Shown piece by piece: positions 59,455 through 64,000 of a DNA stretch of 64,000 nucleotides. Below the pieces are notes generated by a model. It did no database searches. It saw only the letters and a program-made list of their open reading frames with translations, and was not told the origin of the DNA. The DNA is from Lachnospiraceae bacterium. Its GTDB lineage: Bacteria; Bacillota; Clostridia; Lachnospirales; Lachnospiraceae. Numbering within the stretch: the stretch's first letter is position 1; each line of letters opens with the position of its first letter. A program made the position numbers and the translations under genes. The stretch is from positions 63,041 to 127,040 of the forward strand of contig JAEEOJ010000039.1 in assembly GCA_016284175.1 (NCBI GenBank), in the 5' to 3' direction.

Positions 59455-60057
59455 ATGTACAGGAAATTTTTTAAAAGACTTTTGGATATAATTATTTCTT
59501 TTAACGGAATCCTTTTCTTGGGGATTCCTATGCTTGTTATTGCACTGATCATAAAAATCGAAGATCCCGGCCCTGCGTTTTTCAAACAGAAGAGAGTCGG
59601 CCTTCACAAGAAACATTTTATGCTCATAAAATTCAGAAGCATGAAGATGGATACCCCACATGATGTACCCACGCACATGCTCGAAAATCCCGATCAGTAC
59701 ATTTTAAAAAGCGGCAAGTTTTTAAGAAAGTCAAGCCTCGACGAACTGCCCCAGCTCTTTAATATTTTCGCGGGACAGATGAGTATAATCGGACCGCGTC
59801 CGGCACTCTGGAATCAGTACGACTTAATAGAAGAGAGAGATAAGTACGGAGCCAATGATGTTTTACCCGGACTTACAGGCTGGGCGCAGATAAACGGAAG
59901 AGACGAACTTGAGATTCCGGTCAAGGCAAAATTCGACGGAGAATATGTTGAAAAATTATCGTTCGGATTTGACCTTAAATGCTTCTTTAAAACCATCGGC
60001 GCAGTATTCAAAAGTGACGGCGTGGTTGAAGGCGGAACCGGAGCAATGAAAAAATAA
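59455..60057 (+). CDS. Priming (undecaprenyl-phosphate) phosphoglycosyl transferase, small Bac_transf family
   Basis: Motifs KRLLD, KFRSM, FLRKSSLDELPQL, MSIIGPRP and PGLTGWAQINGR. Confidence 0.93.
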   Translation: MYRKFFKRLLDIIISFNGILFLGIPMLVIALIIKIEDPGPAFFKQKRVGLHKKHFMLIKFRSMKMDTPHDVPTHMLENPDQYILKSGKFLRKSSLDELPQLFNIFAGQMSIIGPRPALWNQYDLIEERDKYGANDVLPGLTGWAQINGRDELEIPVKAKFDGEYVEKLSFGFDLKCFFKTIGAVFKSDGVVEGGTGAMKK

Positions 60058-60091
60058 AGACGACAAATCGTAAATGATTGTCGTCTTTTTT
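60056..60091. terminator. Bidirectional terminator
   Basis: AAAGACGACAA...TTGTCGTCTTTTTT between convergent genes. Confidence 0.8.
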
Positions 60092-60596
60092 ATTTTCTTT
60101 TTTTACGAATAAGTGAGCGTAAAAGAAGGAATATTCCGATTGAGAATGAAGCGCCCGTCATATCTAAAAGCACATCCCAGAAGCTTGAGTAGCGCCCTGT
60201 GAAATACTGGATGGTTTCGTCTACACTCGCAACGAAAAGGGAAAATATAAAAGCGGTCGGATAAAAGCTGAAAATGCGTTTTATCAGGCCTCTTTTTTTA
60301 TCTTCGGCTAACGGTTCTTTTATGGTAATTGCGATAAGTATCGCAAGTTCAAGTCCGAGAATGGCGTACTCGATAAAGTGAGCGCTTTTTCTTATAACTA
60401 CTTCGGGGATAACAAAAGCTTCGTTGTTGCTTACGCTCTGAACCACGGCTTCGACGATTTCTTTGACGAAACTGCTTTCTTCGGTCGACATTTCGGGAGT
60501 CATAAAAGAATGCCCCCAGATGATTGCAACCGTGAGCAGAATTATGACCGCCATTATCATTCTGAATATATTTTTTCTTTTGATCGATTTATCCAT
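60090..60596 (-). CDS. VanZ-family membrane protein
   Basis: IRKSAHFIEYAILG and DETIQYFTGR.SS..DV.LD..G. Confidence 0.9.
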   Translation of the reverse strand: MDKSIKRKNIFRMIMAVIILLTVAIIWGHSFMTPEMSTEESSFVKEIVEAVVQSVSNNEAFVIPEVVIRKSAHFIEYAILGLELAILIAITIKEPLAEDKKRGLIKRIFSFYPTAFIFSLFVASVDETIQYFTGRYSSFWDVLLDMTGASFSIGIFLLLRSLIRKKRK

Positions 60597-60601
60597 TTTC
60601 T

Positions 60602-61207
60602 CTATAAAAGGTACCTGCTTAAAAATACAAGTACGATGAAGTAGTAAGGAAGATTCGCCAAAATCGGAGAATCGTTTTTATAAACATGTCTTTCAGCGAT
60701 GCCCGTAACGGGAATTATTTCAGCATATGTAAATACAAAGAGGCAGAGGTTTGCTACGGGATTGTAAAATGCCGATGCTAAGAAGCAGAGAAGCATTATC
60801 ACACCGCAGGGTATGTATTTCTTAAGCATCTGCCATGCGTTTTTCTTATCGTCTTTATAAACCGCTACACAGAGTAAAATCATGGCAGCAGGCGCGAACA
60901 GTAAAAGAAAATCGCCGTACATAATTACAACCTGTGCGAAAGCCTTAAAGCCCGTAAAATCAAAAGGACTCACTTTCAGATCCGCCTTAAAAGCTATATT
61001 TGGCAGGAATGCAAAGCAGATTGCCTGACATCTGAAGAAGGATTCCGGTCTTATGCGCATTGTAAAAACAGTTGCAATTGCTGCGAGCATGGCAAAAAGC
61101 ACAAGGCGTACTACGCTTTGCGATTTGTAGTAAAGCACAAACATCATTATGAATGAAAGTGCTATGGACAGTATTCGGTTAACTAAAATCAGCTTTTTGT
61201 TTTTCAT
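60602..61207 (-). CDS. Hypothetical membrane protein (about 6-7 TM)
   Basis: Hydrophobic ORF tightly packed between two minus-strand genes. No family recognised. Confidence 0.65.
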   Translation of the reverse strand: MKNKKLILVNRILSIALSFIMMFVLYYKSQSVVRLVLFAMLAAIATVFTMRIRPESFFRCQAICFAFLPNIAFKADLKVSPFDFTGFKAFAQVVIMYGDFLLLFAPAAMILLCVAVYKDDKKNAWQMLKKYIPCGVIMLLCFLASAFYNPVANLCLFVFTYAEIIPVTGIAERHVYKNDSPILANLPYYFIVLVFLSRYLL

Positions 61208-61214
61208 AAATTTA

Positions 61215-62354
61215 TTAAACTGCGGGGAAAATTATCTCCGAGCAGATTTTAATTACAGCATATAAAACAAACGAAGAGGTCATAAGGATTATCATCGGCC
61301 TCATTTTTTTATGATTTTCATACAGTCTCGCAATAACCGAAACAATGTATGTTATCAGCACGCACATGATACCGAAGGATGCTCTCTGCGGATAAGCGGG
61401 CGATAAAAACATCGCGCCCTGGGCAATGACCGCAAAGGCGAAAAGAGCGATATCGCGGGGTTTTATATCTTTTATGATGTAAATCTGGATTACCAGGAGG
61501 ATAATCGCAAACAAAAACGAAGGCAGCAGGAATCCGCAGCCCGAAAGCAGGAAGGAATCAATTCTGCCCTTTATAATGCTCATAAAAGGAGCCTTCTCCA
61601 CGAACTGGTTTCTCACAAAATTGCCGGGTGCTAAGATAAGAAGTGCACTTCCGACAAGCGTTAAAAATGCACCTTCATAGAGGTAGAAAGGTATCTTTTT
61701 CTTTTTTATCGCAAGGAAAATGATGACTCCGACGGTGAGTACGAAGCAGGTGGGCCCCATGTTTTCGGTGCTCCAGCCGGCAATAAGTGCGAGAGGAATT
61801 ATCCAGAAATATTCGGCCTTTCCGGCTTTTGAAACCTCTTTGGCCTCAAAATCCATCTCTTTTAGGATTACCAGCACATATAAAAGAATCCATGATGTCG
61901 AGTAAAGATAGTTAACCGAGCCCGATTCCCAGAGCATCGAAAAGAAGAGGCTTGCGTTAAAAGCCACGATTAAAGCTTCGCATAAAAGATACATCAGGGG
62001 ATTTTTGGCGCGGGCAGTCTTAAAGATTACGAATCCGAGGATAATCGTCGCCAGTATATTTAAAACATCGGCAGCAACCTCGCCTGTTGCCAGCACGACC
62101 TGAAGAAGGGCATGATTGATGCTTCGTCCGCCCCAGTTAAAATAATGCCAGATCTGGCTCTCTATGATATCGCCCAAAGATTTAACCTTCTCTCCGTTGA
62201 CCAGATTGGTGGCGTACCAGAGGTCATCCCTCATAAAAGGGGTAATTCTGTGCGCAATGAACTGAATTATCAGTAAAATTGCCACAAAAACGGCGGTTAT
62301 GATATAGAGTTTTATATTCCTGTTTTCTTTTTTAAGAGTGTTATTGGTTTCCAT
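61215..62354 (-). CDS. DUF6056/DUF3329-like polytopic membrane protein (GT-C-like)
   Basis: DDLWY, HYFNWGGR, W..GSVNYL, AGWSTEN, LAPGN..R and SPAYPQRA. The start is either 62354 or 62390, but a -10 box lies only 3 bp before 62390. Confidence 0.75.
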   Translation of the reverse strand: METNNTLKKENRNIKLYIITAVFVAILLIIQFIAHRITPFMRDDLWYATNLVNGEKVKSLGDIIESQIWHYFNWGGRSINHALLQVVLATGEVAADVLNILATIILGFVIFKTARAKNPLMYLLCEALIVAFNASLFFSMLWESGSVNYLYSTSWILLYVLVILKEMDFEAKEVSKAGKAEYFWIIPLALIAGWSTENMGPTCFVLTVGVIIFLAIKKKKIPFYLYEGAFLTLVGSALLILAPGNFVRNQFVEKAPFMSIIKGRIDSFLLSGCGFLLPSFLFAIILLVIQIYIIKDIKPRDIALFAFAVIAQGAMFLSPAYPQRASFGIMCVLITYIVSVIARLYENHKKMRPMIILMTSSFVLYAVIKICSEIIFPAV

Positions 62355-62497
62355 AATTTTTCCGGGGGGATTTTTTGTCCCACAACTCATAAAATTATAA
62401 CATATATTTTGTTTTGAAACATCAAAATCACTTCCTTTTATTTGCGATTTATAGTAAACTGTTTAATTGTGAGAAATATTGCAAAAGGAATATCACG

Positions 62498-64000
62498 ATG
62501 TATATTTTTAACGTAATTTCGCTTCTGGGCGGTCTGGCTCTTTTCCTCTACGGAATGAGAATGATGGGTAATAACCTTAAGGAAGGACAGTCCGGAACTT
62601 TAAAGGTAGTAATGAGCAAGGTAACAGACAACCCCGTGAAGGCTTTTATTCTCGGTGTGCTCGTAACTGCCGTTATCCAGTCATCCACAGCGACGATTGT
62701 AATTACCTCCGGTCTTGTTGCCGCAGGTATAATTTCTCTTAATCAGTCACTTGGTATTATCGTCGGTGCAAACGTTGGTACAACGGTTACCGGACAGATA
62801 ATCCGACTTCTTGACGTAAAGGGTGACGCTTCACTTATTCTTAAGTTTTTCCAGCCTTCGACACTGGCGCCTTTGGCTCTTATTTTAGGTATAGCCTTAA
62901 TAATGTTCTTTAAGTTCAAAAAATCCGACAACCTCGGCGGCATTGCCATGGGCTTTGGTATTCTTTTCACGGGTCTTTTAAATATGACGGCAGCCGTAAG
63001 CGGTCTTAAGGAAAGCGGAATCATCGACAAACTTTTTATGAGTCTCGGCGACAATCCGGTGCTTGGCTACATAGTCGGTGCAGGAGTTGCATTTGCGCTT
63101 CAGTCGTCATCGGCCACAATCGGTATCTTACAGGCGTTCTCGACGGCGGGCGACATTCCTTTTAAGGTTGTTTACGTCATGATTGTCGGTATCTATTTGG
63201 GCGACTGCGTTACCACTGCTTTGGTTTGCTCCATCGGTGCAAAGAACGATGCTAAGAGAGTCGGTATCGTAAATATCATGTTTAACTTAACCGAAACCGT
63301 TCTCGTACTCGTTGTCGTATTCATTGTTCACAAGCTTGGTTTCCTAGATAATCTCTGGAATATGAGAATGACTCCAGGTACCATCGCAAATACAAATACC
63401 ATCTTTAATATGGGTTGTTCGATTCTTATCCTGCCGTTCATCAAGTTTTACGGTACGGCGAGTCGTAAGATCGTAAAAGATGCAGCAAAGCCCATCGGCA
63501 AATACGACGACAAGATTGCAGCATTAAACCCCGTATTCTTTAATACTCCCGCAATTGCATTCGGCGGATGCTACGACTGTCTTGATGCAATGATTCATGC
63601 ATCCATTGACAACATCGACAAATCAATCGCACTTGTTAAAAAGTTTGATGAAAAAGTTTTCGACGAATTAAATGAGGAAGAAGAGAACATCGACCACTTG
63701 ACAGACTGTGTCGATACATACCTTGTAAATCTTTCTCCCCACGTAAAAGAAGATCTGCATGTTCGTATCATGACCGAGTACCACAAAGTCGTAAAAGAAT
63801 TTGAACGTCTCGGCGACCATGCTTTAAATATCGCGGAAGATGCCAAGGAACTTTACGATAACGAAACCGCTTTCAGTGAGCAGGCATTGGGCGAACTCGA
63901 TGTAGCTTTCGATCTTATGAAAAAGATTTTAAACTACACTCTTATCGGCTTCGAAAGAAGAGATATCGAGTCCGCAAAGCATATCGAGCCCCTCGAGGAA
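62498..64000 (+). CDS. Na/Pi cotransporter family protein with PhoU-like C-terminus (3'-truncated by window edge)
   Basis: Translated by hand because it is absent from the ORF track: MYIFNVISLLGGLALFLYGM...TAVIQSSTAT...GANVGTTVT, a second QSSSAT and ERLGDHA. Confidence 0.92.
   Translation, partial: MYIFNVISLLGGLALFLYGMRMMGNNLKEGQSGTLKVVMSKVTDNPVKAFILGVLVTAVIQSSTATIVITSGLVAAGIISLNQSLGIIVGANVGTTVTGQIIRLLDVKGDASLILKFFQPSTLAPLALILGIALIMFFKFKKSDNLGGIAMGFGILFTGLLNMTAAVSGLKESGIIDKLFMSLGDNPVLGYIVGAGVAFALQSSSATIGILQAFSTAGDIPFKVVYVMIVGIYLGDCVTTALVCSIGAKNDAKRVGIVNIMFNLTETVLVLVVVFIVHKLGFLDNLWNMRMTPGTIANTNTIFNMGCSILILPFIKFYGTASRKIVKDAAKPIGKYDDKIAALNPVFFNTPAIAFGGCYDCLDAMIHASIDNIDKSIALVKKFDEKVFDELNEEEENIDHLTDCVDTYLVNLSPHVKEDLHVRIMTEYHKVVKEFERLGDHALNIAEDAKELYDNETAFSEQALGELDVAFDLMKKILNYTLIGFERRDIESAKHIEPLEE

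Noticed and set aside
60090-60596. Glycopeptide resistance (vanZ)
   Set aside because: No van cluster is present. VanZ-like genes are common beside polysaccharide loci.
20191-63846. Short antisense or overlapping ORFs in the ORF track (e.g. 20191..20748, 22818..23393, 37429..37998, 62743..63054, 63595..63846)
   Set aside because: They are shadows of well-supported genes on the opposite strand or in another frame, with no RBS or recognisable motifs.
1-64000. Mobile element, prophage, tRNA or rRNA
   Set aside because: No transposase, integrase, phage structural gene or structural RNA was recognised, and the intergenic gaps are short.

Overview
This 64-kb window is AT-rich bacterial DNA. Gene content (DUF4214/DUF6020/DUF5722 proteins, a GH9 lipoprotein, PFL, rubrerythrin, sigmaA-type promoters) points by inference to an anaerobic Firmicute, most likely a rumen or gut Lachnospiraceae. 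It is a cell-surface locus with two interleaved parts. (i) Glycan biosynthesis: a nonulosonic-acid module (NeuA-PseG fusion, NeuB, candidate transferase), pyruvyl- and acetyltransferases, two Wzx flippases, ugd, rmd/gmd/manC-manA/fcl, a GT2, a priming phosphoglycosyltransferase and about seven GT-C-like membrane proteins. (ii) Nine secreted proteins that share a tandem DUF4214-type module but carry different passenger domains (glucosaminidase, beta-helix, DUF5722 GH-like barrel, CAP x2, LRR x2, YD-like repeats x2), plus a 1544-aa Ig/InlB-B-repeat protein. The best candidate for an undescribed system is a modular surface-display system: a DUF4214 anchor, apparently homogenised by recombination between genes, that may bind the glycan made by the neighbouring genes. 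Other oddities are an AraC with acidic recognition helices inside rmd-gmd, pflB and pflA split by three GT-C-like genes, NrdR-like boxes at 31-bp spacing upstream of pflB, and a 5' leader built of three GGA-containing repeats. No rRNA, tRNA, CRISPR, transposase, integrase or reverse transcriptase was recognised. All family assignments come from motif recognition by eye, not from database searches.
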